A stretch of 64,000 nt of DNA from a phage. The stretch is from the sequence record OZ346167.1, one strand, 5' to 3'. The first letter of the stretch is position 1; each line of letters starts with the position of its first letter. Below, one piece after another: positions 38,433 through 48,348 of this stretch. The notes beneath the pieces are model-generated. The model ran no database searches. It saw only the letters and a list, made by a program, of their open reading frames with translations, and was not told where the DNA came from. The position numbers and the translations under genes are program-made.

Positions 38433-39290
38433 ATGTCTAAAGTTGTTAAAATGAAAGCTCCGGTAGAGAAGTACAACGGTACTGAACGTCAAACTCTGCG
38501 TTACCTACTGAAAGATGTCTGGTTTTATTACCTGAACACTTCACCACGTCCGGGAAAAGGTAAGTCTATTGATAAGAAATTCCCAGGAAAAGATTGTAAC
38601 TACAGCGTATCAATTCTGGCAGAAGACGGTAACAAACTGTTTAAAGAGTTTACTAAGTCTAAGAAAAATCCAGAAGGCTGGGATAAAGTTACTACTGAAG
38701 CAGTTGATGCAGATGACTTCGAAGAGAAGTTTGGTTGTAAACCACCTTTTGAAGCAGACACTTACTACATCTTGAAAGTAAGTCGTGCAGCAGCTTATAA
38801 AGATGGTGCTGTATGGACAGCTAAACAGTCATTCCCTGTAATGCTGATTGAAGAAGTAAATGGTAAGCGTGTAGCTGTTAAGCAGCCGATGAAGAAAATC
38901 AAAGCTCAAGCATCTGATAAACATGAAGATGACAAGAACTATGATGTAATTCATCCAGATATTGCAGTTGGCAACGGTTCTTTTGGTAGTGTGATTCTTT
39001 CTACTCACTTCTACACTTTTGAGAACAATGTTCTGACAAAACCTATTCAGGAACAGTTTATCATTGACACTCTTGTACCTTACACTGGTGGTAACGGTGC
39101 TAATGGTGAGCCTGAACTGGATGAAGATGAACTGGCTATGCTTGGTCTTGACGGTGTTGAAGATAACGGTGAAATCACTGAAGAAGACGCAACAGACCAT
39201 AAATCTTCGAATGATTCTGATGATGGTGATGATGAAGATTTGCCAGACCCAGATGACGAAGAAGATGAAGACTTCGATACAGAAGATTAA
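38433..39290 (+). CDS. single-stranded DNA-binding protein candidate (acidic C-terminal tail)
   Basis: 285 aa, strongly acidic C-terminus (DDGDDEDLPDPDDEEDEDFDTED) as in T7 gp2.5/T4 gp32; sits between primase-helicase and exonuclease. Confidence 0.5.
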   Translation: MSKVVKMKAPVEKYNGTERQTLRYLLKDVWFYYLNTSPRPGKGKSIDKKFPGKDCNYSVSILAEDGNKLFKEFTKSKKNPEGWDKVTTEAVDADDFEEKFGCKPPFEADTYYILKVSRAAAYKDGAVWTAKQSFPVMLIEEVNGKRVAVKQPMKKIKAQASDKHEDDKNYDVIHPDIAVGNGSFGSVILSTHFYTFENNVLTKPIQEQFIIDTLVPYTGGNGANGEPELDEDELAMLGLDGVEDNGEITEEDATDHKSSNDSDDGDDEDLPDPDDEEDEDFDTED

Positions 39291-39317
39291 TCTCTAAAAG
39301 TTACTTTAAAGCCCTGT

Positions 39318-39350
39318 ACTCAGTATGGGGCTTTTTCATATGGAGAGCCA
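39318..39350 (+). terminator. rho-independent terminator candidate
   Basis: imperfect GCCCTGTACT/AGTATGGGGC stem followed by TTTTTC. Confidence 0.4.
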
Positions 39351-39352
39351 TA

Positions 39353-40399
39353 ATGGAGAAGTACACATTAACAAAACTTCCCGATTCAGTTACACATGTC
39401 TTTATTGACTCTGACAGTATTGCCTATAAAGGTGCTTGTGTAGTTGAGAAAGCAAAGTATAAATATGTCAATAAACTCACAGCAGAAGAGTCTGAGCCAT
39501 TTGATAATGCGAAAGATGCCGCAAGATGGTTAGCAGACCAGAGAATCTTTGTGGAAGAGCTTGGTCTGACATTTGATGAAGATGAATGGGAAAGACAGAC
39601 TTGGAAAGAAGCTAAGAGTGAAAAAGAAGCTATCATGGCTACTCAACAGGTTCTTCAGGAATGGCTTAAGTTTGTTGGTAAAGATAGAACTTGGGTGGGT
39701 TATTTAACAGAGAAAGGTGTGCATAAACATAAAGACATTAAAGGTCTTGAGCACCAATATCAAGGTAACCGCAAAGATGCTGTCACACCAACACACTTAG
39801 TTGCTTGTCGTGAATATCTTTTATCCAGACCAGAGTTCAAACTCTTAAGGGGTGGCTTCGAAGCCGATTCAATCGTAATTGCTAAAGCTGAAAAGATGGG
39901 TAAGAAAGCTGCTCTTATGAGTATTGACAAAGACCTTCGACAAGCTGAAGGTACTTACTGCATTGATATGACCTATGAAAAATCACCTTTAATTTTTATT
40001 GCTGATAACAACGTTGGTGAAATTTGGGATTGCCCAATAAAATCAACACCGAAAGCTAAGAAGACAGTTGGGGTAGGTTTTAAATTTCTTTGTTATCAAG
40101 CTGTGGCTGGTGATAATGCAGATAACTATTTTGGTTTAAAGGGCGTTGGTAAGGTTGCTGTAATGAAAGCCCTTGAAGGTAAAACTACTTACAAAGAGTG
40201 TCTTGATGCAATCTATGAACTTTATGCTAAGAAAGAGTCCTACACTTATGTCTCGTGGGATGGTCAAACAATTACCAGAACACCTTTAGAACTAATGCAG
40301 CAACACTTCTTCTTAGCTTATCAGGAAAGAAATAAGAAAGACGATTTTACTTTTGATAAGTATGGGTGGACACCAAATGTTAACTCAACAAACTCTTAA
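39353..40399 (+). CDS. 5'-3' exonuclease / flap endonuclease
   Basis: helix-3-turn-helix signature AVAGDNADNYFGLKGVGKVAV matching the GDxxDNxxG-GxG FEN family motif. Confidence 0.7.
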   Translation: MEKYTLTKLPDSVTHVFIDSDSIAYKGACVVEKAKYKYVNKLTAEESEPFDNAKDAARWLADQRIFVEELGLTFDEDEWERQTWKEAKSEKEAIMATQQVLQEWLKFVGKDRTWVGYLTEKGVHKHKDIKGLEHQYQGNRKDAVTPTHLVACREYLLSRPEFKLLRGGFEADSIVIAKAEKMGKKAALMSIDKDLRQAEGTYCIDMTYEKSPLIFIADNNVGEIWDCPIKSTPKAKKTVGVGFKFLCYQAVAGDNADNYFGLKGVGKVAVMKALEGKTTYKECLDAIYELYAKKESYTYVSWDGQTITRTPLELMQQHFFLAYQERNKKDDFTFDKYGWTPNVNSTNS

Positions 40400-40868
40400 A
40401 GAGTACCTACATTATGACCCCGAAACAGGGGTCTTTACTTGGATTAAGAAATCTGCTAGACACACAAAAATTGGCTCTGTTGCAGGTACAAACTTAAGAG
40501 GGTATACCAGAATTTATTTGTTTGGTAAGGGCTATTATGCACATACCCTAGCCGTTCTGTATATGGATGGATACCTACCTGAGTGTGTTGACCATAAAAA
40601 TCATGTAACACTAGACAATCGCTGGGTAAATCTTAGGGCATGTACGTTATCAGAGAACCAATGTAATAGGTTGCTCAATAAGAACAATAAATCAGGTGTT
40701 AAAGGTGTGTACTACAAAAAACAGTATGGTAAGTGGTCTACACAGATAACTTTTAAGAAAAGGGTCTACTTCTTCGGCAACTATGACACTATTGATGAAG
40801 CAGCAGAGGTTGTAAATAGGGAACGTCAACGTTTACACAAAGAGTTTGCTAATAAAGGTGATGAATGA
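40353..40868 (+). CDS. HNH homing endonuclease with AP2-type domain (free-standing)
   Basis: shares LHYDPETGVFTW, HNH core and AP2-like GVKGVYYKKQYGKWSTQITFKKRVYFFGNY with the 29979-30545 protein; overlaps exonuclease 3' end. Confidence 0.8.
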   Translation: MISMGGHQMLTQQTLKEYLHYDPETGVFTWIKKSARHTKIGSVAGTNLRGYTRIYLFGKGYYAHTLAVLYMDGYLPECVDHKNHVTLDNRWVNLRACTLSENQCNRLLNKNNKSGVKGVYYKKQYGKWSTQITFKKRVYFFGNYDTIDEAAEVVNRERQRLHKEFANKGDE

Positions 40869-41365
40869 GAAAAATAAAAGGTTTTGGCAATTGCCCTGAA
40901 TATGGACATTGGGTTTCACTATGTGGTGAAGTTGACCCAGCAAAGCACTTTGGTTTTGTCTACCTAGTGTACTGCAAAAAGACTGGACAGTACTATTTGG
41001 GTAAGAAACAGCTTAACAGTGTGACCAAAAGAAAAGTTGCTGGGAAGACTCGGAAGAAGATAGTCACTAAGGAAAGTGATTGGATGACTTATGAGACTTC
41101 TTCTGAGTATATTAAAAAAGATATTGAGAGTTTTGGAAAAGAATTTTTTGACTTTTACATTATTCAGACCTACTACACAAAAGGTGGCCTAGTCTATGGT
41201 GAAGCAAACCTTCAACATAAATTCGATGTAATGACAAAAAGGATTGACTCTAAGCTCAGACTCTTCTACAATGCCAATATTGCAGCAATTAAGTTTATCA
41301 CTAAAGAAACTTATGAAGATGCTGAAAAAAGAATCCATAAGGTAATGAAAGCAAATTATGCTTGA
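40865..41365 (+). CDS. GIY-YIG-like endonuclease candidate
   Basis: FGFVYLVYCKKTGQYYLGKKQ resembles the GIY-(9-11 aa)-YIG motif; immediately downstream of the HNH gene. Confidence 0.4.
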   Translation: MRKIKGFGNCPEYGHWVSLCGEVDPAKHFGFVYLVYCKKTGQYYLGKKQLNSVTKRKVAGKTRKKIVTKESDWMTYETSSEYIKKDIESFGKEFFDFYIIQTYYTKGGLVYGEANLQHKFDVMTKRIDSKLRLFYNANIAAIKFITKETYEDAEKRIHKVMKANYA

Positions 41366-41371
41366 TAACTA

Positions 41372-41635
41372 TTGAGAGAGAATAAAATGTTTAACAAAAG
41401 TAAAGCTGTGAGTCATGTAGCAAAAGTTGACAGCAAGATTGAAGAACTTGAGCGCATCCTTGCAAATGCTAGAGAGTCAATAATTAAAGAAGTTGAAGCT
41501 GTTGAGTCTCAAATGCAGCACCTAATGCTTAAACGTCAAGAGCTACGTGAACATCTAGAATATATTGAAACACGAGAGCTAAAGGTTAACAAATATTTTA
41601 AGGAGTCCGAATGTTTAACTCAAGAGAATCAGTAA
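41372..41635 (+). CDS. hypothetical coiled-coil protein
   Basis: 87-aa ORF. Confidence 0.3.
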   Translation: MRENKMFNKSKAVSHVAKVDSKIEELERILANARESIIKEVEAVESQMQHLMLKRQELREHLEYIETRELKVNKYFKESECLTQENQ

Positions 41636-42366
41636 AAAACTGGAACCTTCGTTGTGGAAACACTCAAAAGCAACCTTACAGTGATGAGTATTGGGAATCT
41701 TTAAAATCTCAATCTCTGTGTATGCTTGAAGAAGCAAAAGAGCTTGTAAAAGCAATTGAAGAGAAAGACCCCATTGAGACACTGGATGCTCAGGCAGATT
41801 TGCAATATGTTCTTGACGGCTTGATTTATCTGTCACAACATGACCATAACGGTGCTATGAAAGCTGTTTGCCGTAATAATGACCTGAAGTACACAGATGA
41901 CTATGAAGAAGCTTTAAAACGTCTTGCAGACATTGAAAAGCGTACTGGTCAAGAGTGTATTATCAGAATGTCAGTAGTTGATGGTAAAGAGTGGTATGCG
42001 ATTGTTCGTGCAGCCGATGGGAAGATTATGAAGCAATCAAATCTCCCTAAAGTACAGCTTGGTGAATACATTGTAGAACTTGAAAGCCAAGAACTTTTTG
42101 TGGTAGTATCTGAGACATGCGTTATCTGCAAAGGTATTGTAGGTAGCTTAAAGGATTTGGGTGTAGATGGTTTTGTAGAAGTTAATCCAATTACCTCTAA
42201 AGCAGATAAAGACTTCTGTAAAGAGAATGGACTATGGATTGCAGATATTGTCTATTATGATGGTGAGCAGTTCCATGTAACCTCATACCCGAAACTGAAT
42301 TATGATGCTAATAACCTGAAGTGCTGGTTAAAAGGGGTTGGTTATAATGGATTCACAGAACATTAA
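41611..42366 (+). CDS. hypothetical protein
   Basis: 251-aa ORF. Confidence 0.35.
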   Translation: MFNSRESVKNWNLRCGNTQKQPYSDEYWESLKSQSLCMLEEAKELVKAIEEKDPIETLDAQADLQYVLDGLIYLSQHDHNGAMKAVCRNNDLKYTDDYEEALKRLADIEKRTGQECIIRMSVVDGKEWYAIVRAADGKIMKQSNLPKVQLGEYIVELESQELFVVVSETCVICKGIVGSLKDLGVDGFVEVNPITSKADKDFCKENGLWIADIVYYDGEQFHVTSYPKLNYDANNLKCWLKGVGYNGFTEH

Positions 42367-42670
42367 TAAAGAGGGTGTGGCTCAGAAGAGCCACTTCTCA
42401 AACTACAACATTTCTATGACGGTGTTTATGAATGACCCGTTACTTGAAAAGTATGGTGAGACTCCAGATACACTTCTGGATAATGAACAAGTTTTAAAAG
42501 CAGTCCTGTACAAATATGGGATTGATATTGAGAAAGAGTATTCCTTTGAAATCTGCCAACACAGGAACACTTTCGGTAAAGTTGTGATGGCTCCACTCTT
42601 TATGGGTGTAGAAAGGACTGACTATGGTTGGTTGTATCTAAAAAGAAACTTGGAGAAATACCGTGTCTAA
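42338..42670 (+). CDS. hypothetical protein
   Basis: 110-aa ORF. Confidence 0.3.
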   Translation: MVIMDSQNINKEGVAQKSHFSNYNISMTVFMNDPLLEKYGETPDTLLDNEQVLKAVLYKYGIDIEKEYSFEICQHRNTFGKVVMAPLFMGVERTDYGWLYLKRNLEKYRV

Positions 42671-42998
42671 AGCAAAAAAGCTATCTTATGATGACATCAT
42701 CTCAGGTGCTAAGTTAGGTGTTGACAGTATCGGACAAGATATCAAGCACGGAGACACAGTTATGTACTGTGATGACCGAAGAGGCAGAAGTGCAATCTTG
42801 TTTGGAAGAATTGTTTGCAAGATGAGAGGTAATTACGTTGTTGCAGACATGGATGTGAACGTTACACAAAAACTTGAAACGATTATGGGTGATAATACAC
42901 CGTCATGGCTCCTGAATTGTATGCACACTTCTTCAGTCACAAAAGTAAGTGATAAGTTTTACGATATGTGGCAGAATGAGCAAATTTTCAAGATTTAA
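42663..42998 (+). CDS. hypothetical protein
   Basis: 111-aa ORF followed by terminator. Confidence 0.3.
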   Translation: MSKAKKLSYDDIISGAKLGVDSIGQDIKHGDTVMYCDDRRGRSAILFGRIVCKMRGNYVVADMDVNVTQKLETIMGDNTPSWLLNCMHTSSVTKVSDKFYDMWQNEQIFKI

Positions 42999-43003
42999 AC
43001 TAT

Positions 43004-43027
43004 GGAGCCTCTTCGGAGGCTCTTTTC
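43004..43027 (+). terminator. rho-independent terminator (UUCG tetraloop)
   Basis: GGAGCCTC-TTCG-GAGGCTC followed by TTTTC. Confidence 0.6.
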
Positions 43028-43044
43028 ATCTGTAGGATTCAAAA

Positions 43045-45279
43045 ATGATTAAGACAATTAAAAAATCAAACGGTACAGTAGTAAGCTTTGACCCAGAAAG
43101 ACTGAACAAGTGGGCATCATGGGCAGATAAGCGTGGAATTATCTGGTCAGAAGTCACTATGGAAGCCATGAAACGTGTCTATGAAGGATGCACTACAAAA
43201 GAGATGCACCAAGCCATGATTGATGTTTGTGTTGATAAACAAACTCAAGAGTACTCAGACATGGCTGGACGGCTACTTTTGGGTATTATCTACAAAGAAG
43301 CCTTTGGAGGCTTTACTAAGGTTCCTACACTGATTACCTTCGTTAAAAATATGGAGAGAGCAGGACTTTGGGAGAAGATGGACTATTCACAGGAAGAGCT
43401 TGAATACCTGCAAGGTTACATCGTACACTCAAAAGATATCTCTTACGGTTATGCAGTCTTGAAACAGTTCAGAGACAAGTACGGTATCCGTGATATTAAA
43501 ACTGGAAGACTTTTTGAGTCACCACAGTTTATGTTTATGGGTATGGCTATGAAAGCCTTTGAGAAGCAACCAAAGCACCGTAGACTGCAAGATGTTATCA
43601 AGCTGTACACTTACCTGTCTGACCTGAAGATTAATGCTCCTACACCTTATTTAAACGGTTTAAGAGCCACCAAGTCAGGCTATGCGTCATGCTGTTTGAT
43701 TAAGGCAAATGATACTGCTGAATCACTTGGTATTGCTGCAAAGGTTGCTTATGATATGACTACAAAGCAAGCTGGTATTGGGATGCTGATGGAGACTCGC
43801 ACTATTGGTGATGGTATCCGTCAAAACACGATTGAACACATGGGTAAGCTACCTTATTACAAGCTTGTACGTTCATCTGTAGAGGCAAACAAACAGAAGA
43901 GTCGTGGTGGTTCAGCTAATAACTTCTACACTGCTCTAGACCCGCAGATTGAAGATTTACTGCGTTTGAAGCACCCTACAACGGTTCCTTCGAAACGTAT
44001 TAATGAGATGGACTACTCATTTGGTACAAATGATTATTTCTGGCAGTGTGTTCAATATGATACAGACTGGTTGCTATTCTCTTACAAGGATGCGCCAAAA
44101 CTCTATGACATGTTTTACACAGCATCTGCTGATGAGTTTGCTATGGCAGTTGGTCATGCAGTGCATTCAGGTGTTAAGCACAGACGGGTGAAGGCTCGTG
44201 AAATTGCTAAACTATTTATCCAGCAGCGTTATGCAACAGGACGTGTGTATCCATTCTTCACTAACAATGCGAACACACATACACCATTTAAAGAACCATT
44301 GAAGATGTCAAATCTTTGTATGGAAATTGTGTTGCCAGTGTATGGTTTTGAGAAAGAGACAGACCTTTACAGAGACGATGCTGTGAAAGAGGATGGTGAG
44401 GTGGCTCTTTGCTTCCTAGCTAGTTTGGTTGCAGGGAGAATTTCAGAAGATGAATACGCTGACGTTGCTTATTATGCTCTTGCAATGGTTGACTCCGTTA
44501 TTGACCTTATGGATTATCCGTATCCGTCGATGCGTAACCATGTTCAGAAGCGTCGTTCTGTTGGGATTGGCCTTACAAATGTGGCTCATTACCTTGCGAA
44601 GAACTACGTGAACTACTCTTCACGAGCAGGTAAAACGAAACTTCATGAACTGGCAGAGATGCACTCTTACTATCTGCATGAAGCCTCTCTGAGACTTGCT
44701 AAAGAGCGTGGCGTTCCAGAGTATATGCAGTTCACTAAGTATCCTGAAGGGTGGGTTCCTCCAAAGACAGCTAACAAGAAGATTGATGAGAAGCATGATG
44801 CAAAACTAAGATATGATTGGGATGACTTAGCACAACGTATCAAAGAAAATGGTGGAATCCGTAACTCTGTATTAGAAGCTTACATGCCTAACGAGAGTTC
44901 TTCACTAGCGACTAATACAACAAATGGCTTGTACCCAATTCGTGACTTTATTTTAACTAAAAAGTCTGCAACTGGTAACGTACTGTTTATTGTTCCAGAT
45001 TATGAAGAGTTGAAGTATGTCTATGAAATTGCTTGGGATATTGACACCTTTGATATGATTGATTGTTATGCAATTGTTCAAAAGTTCACTGGTCAAGCTA
45101 TCTCTTCAGATTTCTATGTTGACTATGCAAAGTCTAAGAAGGTATCATTGGCTCAAGCTTTGAAGTACATGATTTATGCCAACTCGGTAGGTATGAAAAC
45201 CATGTACTACCTTAACAGTCGCATTGGTGTAGGTAAATCTGCACTGCAAGATGCTTATTGCGAGGGTTGTGGTGTTTAG
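43045..45279 (+). CDS. nrdA: ribonucleotide reductase class Ia large subunit
   Basis: 744 aa; ATP-cone-like N-terminus; active-site SNLCMEI motif. Confidence 0.85.
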   Translation: MIKTIKKSNGTVVSFDPERLNKWASWADKRGIIWSEVTMEAMKRVYEGCTTKEMHQAMIDVCVDKQTQEYSDMAGRLLLGIIYKEAFGGFTKVPTLITFVKNMERAGLWEKMDYSQEELEYLQGYIVHSKDISYGYAVLKQFRDKYGIRDIKTGRLFESPQFMFMGMAMKAFEKQPKHRRLQDVIKLYTYLSDLKINAPTPYLNGLRATKSGYASCCLIKANDTAESLGIAAKVAYDMTTKQAGIGMLMETRTIGDGIRQNTIEHMGKLPYYKLVRSSVEANKQKSRGGSANNFYTALDPQIEDLLRLKHPTTVPSKRINEMDYSFGTNDYFWQCVQYDTDWLLFSYKDAPKLYDMFYTASADEFAMAVGHAVHSGVKHRRVKAREIAKLFIQQRYATGRVYPFFTNNANTHTPFKEPLKMSNLCMEIVLPVYGFEKETDLYRDDAVKEDGEVALCFLASLVAGRISEDEYADVAYYALAMVDSVIDLMDYPYPSMRNHVQKRRSVGIGLTNVAHYLAKNYVNYSSRAGKTKLHELAEMHSYYLHEASLRLAKERGVPEYMQFTKYPEGWVPPKTANKKIDEKHDAKLRYDWDDLAQRIKENGGIRNSVLEAYMPNESSSLATNTTNGLYPIRDFILTKKSATGNVLFIVPDYEELKYVYEIAWDIDTFDMIDCYAIVQKFTGQAISSDFYVDYAKSKKVSLAQALKYMIYANSVGMKTMYYLNSRIGVGKSALQDAYCEGCGV

Positions 45280-45592
45280 TTTTAACAACTATGAGGGTCG
45301 TAAAAGACCCTCTAAAAATAACTTTGGAGAGACCATGAAAGACTTAATAGAAAAACATGAGCGGCCTATATACTTGCTCCACAAGCCTCGGAAAACGATG
45401 TACTATGTGAGTAGCACAGATATGATGATAAAACAAAATGATGACTCATGGGTTGCTGGTATCTCTTACATCTCTACAGCAGATGGTAAAATCTACGCAA
45501 GACCTTATGAGATGTTTAACAAAGAAAACTGGGAAGTTTTAGACAGAAAACAAGCCCGAGAAATGATAAAGAAAGGAGAAATCACGCTATGA
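45251..45592 (+). CDS. hypothetical protein
   Basis: 113-aa ORF between nrdA and nrdB. Confidence 0.35.
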   Translation: MLIARVVVFSFNNYEGRKRPSKNNFGETMKDLIEKHERPIYLLHKPRKTMYYVSSTDMMIKQNDDSWVAGISYISTADGKIYARPYEMFNKENWEVLDRKQAREMIKKGEITL

Positions 45593-46662
45593 TTAACCAG
45601 CACCCAATCTTTTTAGGTGGTGAGAGAAAAACTTTTGACTCACTTAATAAACACTACCCAAAAATCTTTGAACTTTATAAACAACAAAAAGCACAAGACT
45701 GGTCAGAAGATGAGTTCCCTTTTGAACAATCACGTCTTGATTTTGAGAGTGTCCCAGCATCAATGTCAGGTGTAATGCTTGAGATTCTTAAGTGGCAATG
45801 GGAAGCAGACACTCAAGTTGCTAAGAGCTTGGCATTTGCCTTTGCACCTTTTATCTCTGATGACATCTATGCAACTGCAATTATGAAGCAGTCTGAGATT
45901 GAAAACCTACATGCTCTTACTTACTCAGAGATTGTAAGGCAATGTATTAAAAACCCTGAAACAATCTTAGATGAGATTAACCAGAATGTTGCTGTGCAAG
46001 ACCGATTAAAAACTGTGAATCGTGTTCTTGAAGAATTACTGGATGAAGGTATAAACTATCGTCTGAGTTATGTTCGTGATTCACTTCTGGACAAAGACCC
46101 TTTACACTTCCATAAAGTGATTCTGAAAGGGCTGTTTGCAGTGACTGCACTTGAAGGTATATCTTTTATGGCATCATTTGCATGTACTTTTGCACTTGAT
46201 GCTCAAGATAAATTTCAGGGTATTGCTCAAGCGGTACAGAAAATTATGCTTGACGAAATCCTTCACACTAAAATTGATATTGAAGTTTTAAAAGAAACTT
46301 TAAGAGATGATGAGTGGCAGAAAGCTTTTCAACAAATTCTTCCAGAGATTAAAGTAATCTTAGATGAAGTAGTTGAAAGTGAAGAGAAATGGTCGTATTA
46401 TATCTTCTCCGAAGGACGTGCTGTAGTTGGCCTAAATACAAAGCTTCTTCATGAGTGGGTTTACTATAATGCTGCCCCATTGTATGATATGTTTGGCATT
46501 CCCAGAGATTTTGTAGCTCCTAAAGAACCACCTTTGAAGTATATGATTAAGAAGATGGAAATTGATAAAGAGCAGAATGCTAATCAGGAGCAACAGAACG
46601 GTGCGTACCTATTGAATACTGTTGTAGATGATTTGAATAGTGGATTTTTAGAGGTTCCTTAA
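45589..46662 (+). CDS. nrdB: ribonucleotide reductase class Ia small subunit
   Basis: 357 aa ferritin-like protein immediately after nrdA; E/H-containing helices consistent with di-iron site. Confidence 0.75.
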   Translation: MINQHPIFLGGERKTFDSLNKHYPKIFELYKQQKAQDWSEDEFPFEQSRLDFESVPASMSGVMLEILKWQWEADTQVAKSLAFAFAPFISDDIYATAIMKQSEIENLHALTYSEIVRQCIKNPETILDEINQNVAVQDRLKTVNRVLEELLDEGINYRLSYVRDSLLDKDPLHFHKVILKGLFAVTALEGISFMASFACTFALDAQDKFQGIAQAVQKIMLDEILHTKIDIEVLKETLRDDEWQKAFQQILPEIKVILDEVVESEEKWSYYIFSEGRAVVGLNTKLLHEWVYYNAAPLYDMFGIPRDFVAPKEPPLKYMIKKMEIDKEQNANQEQQNGAYLLNTVVDDLNSGFLEVP

Positions 46663-46904
46663 TGACTTATGTAATTTACTCCAAAACTGGATGCCCTCAG
46701 TGTGAGACTGCAAAGAATTTTGCAAAAGCTCGTGGTATTGACCACGTTGTGAGAATGTTAGGGCAGGATTATGAGCTATCAGACCTGATGGATATTGCAC
46801 AGATGCCAGTTCGTCAGATGCCATTCATCATGAAAACTGATGGACAAAACCTAAAACCTGTTGGTACGCTACAGAATTTTATGGCAGAGGTGAATAATGC
46901 TTAA
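46662..46904 (+). CDS. glutaredoxin / NrdH-like redoxin
   Basis: 80 aa with CPQC active site near N-terminus; coupled to nrdB. Confidence 0.65.
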   Translation: MTYVIYSKTGCPQCETAKNFAKARGIDHVVRMLGQDYELSDLMDIAQMPVRQMPFIMKTDGQNLKPVGTLQNFMAEVNNA

Positions 46905-47103
46905 ACGCCTTTGGGAAGGTTTGGTTGTTGATGCACCAGCTATTGTGATTGGTATGCTTATTGTTAACCTATTTACTGACTTTGAACAAGGTTCATTGTT
47001 TGGAGCTATGTTACTATGGGTTATCTTTGAAATATTAGAGATACAGTTAGGTATAACTGAAAAACTAAGAGAACTCTTTTCGAAGTTTTCTAAAAAGATT
47101 TAA
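46897..47103 (+). CDS. small membrane protein
   Basis: 68 aa with two hydrophobic segments. Confidence 0.3.
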   Translation: MLKRLWEGLVVDAPAIVIGMLIVNLFTDFEQGSLFGAMLLWVIFEILEIQLGITEKLRELFSKFSKKI

Positions 47104-47111
47104 AATGAAAG

Positions 47112-47132
47112 GGTCTCTTCGGAGACCTTTTT
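47112..47132 (+). terminator. rho-independent terminator (UUCG tetraloop)
   Basis: GGTCTC-TTCG-GAGACC followed by TTTTT. Confidence 0.6.
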
Positions 47133-47151
47133 AGCATGTAAAGGGGCAATA

Positions 47152-48348
47152 ATGAACAAAGTACAGATTATTAAAAAGAACGGCTCACTTGAAGAACCTG
47201 ATATCAAAAAAGTTTTAGCAGCAGTCACAAAGTCAGCTAATAGGGTTGGGTATAAAGAACTCCCACCAGATGTTACCCAAGCTCTTGAGTCAGCATTTAT
47301 GAGGATTCTGGTAAAATCCACTAAGCAGAATAATTTACTCATTTCAGTAAATGATATTCACAGTATTGTTGAGGGTGCTTTGGCAGAAGTCAATCACGAG
47401 ATTTATGAGTCTTACTCAACATATAGAAATTACCGTAAAGAAGTTGCTCAAAATTGGGATGAACTCTACCAGAAGACCAAAGATACACTCTTCTTAGGTG
47501 ACAGAGAGAATGCTAACTTTGACAGCAGTTTAATTTCTACAAAAGGTTCAATTATTCGTGGTTATCTGACTAAAGAAATCTTTAAACAGTACCATTTAAC
47601 ACCAGAGGAACTTGAAGCCATTGAAAAAGGGTTTATCTATATCCATGATTTAAGAGACCTAATTTTTGGTGGTATCAACTGTTGCCTGTTTGACATTGGT
47701 AAAGTCCTGAAAGGCGGCTTTGAAATGTCTGGCATCGAATATTGTGAACCAAAGTCTGTACTGTCGGCCTTACAGGTTATTGGTGACGTAGTTCTTTCAG
47801 CAACTGCACAGCAATTTGGTGGTTTTACTTTAGCAGAGATTGATAAGGTACTTGTACCGTATGCTAAGAAGTCTCTACGCTATCATGCTGAGAAAGCAGC
47901 ATCTTATGGTATTCCTAAAGAACATTACCACAATTATGTCATGGAGCAGCTACAGATTGAACTGACTCAAGGTTTCCAGTCACTTGAAATGAAGCTAAAT
48001 ACTGTACCTTGTAGTCGTGGGGATTTTGCATTCACAACTTTGACATTCGGGTTACTTGACTCAGATATGTCCAATGAAGATAACCGACTGCAATATATGA
48101 TTGCAAGTACTCTCCTAGATGTTCGTATGAATGGACAAGGTAAGAGCAAGAAGCCTGTTGTATTCCCTAAACTGGTTTATATCTATGACCAGAAGAGACA
48201 CGATGAGAATATCTGTCAAGGACACCTGTACAGTAAAGCCATTGAGTGTTGCTCTAAAGCAATGTATCCAGATTTCTTAAGTGTATCTGGTCATGGTGCT
48301 GTAGCAGAAGCTTTTGAGCGTTCTGGCAAGGTAATTTCGCCGATGGGT
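47152..48348 (+). CDS. nrdD: anaerobic ribonucleotide reductase (class III), exon 1
   Basis: ATP-cone-like N-terminus; ORF ends ...KVISPMG then stop at 48349-48351, exactly where exon 2 resumes with CRAFLSPY. Confidence 0.8.
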
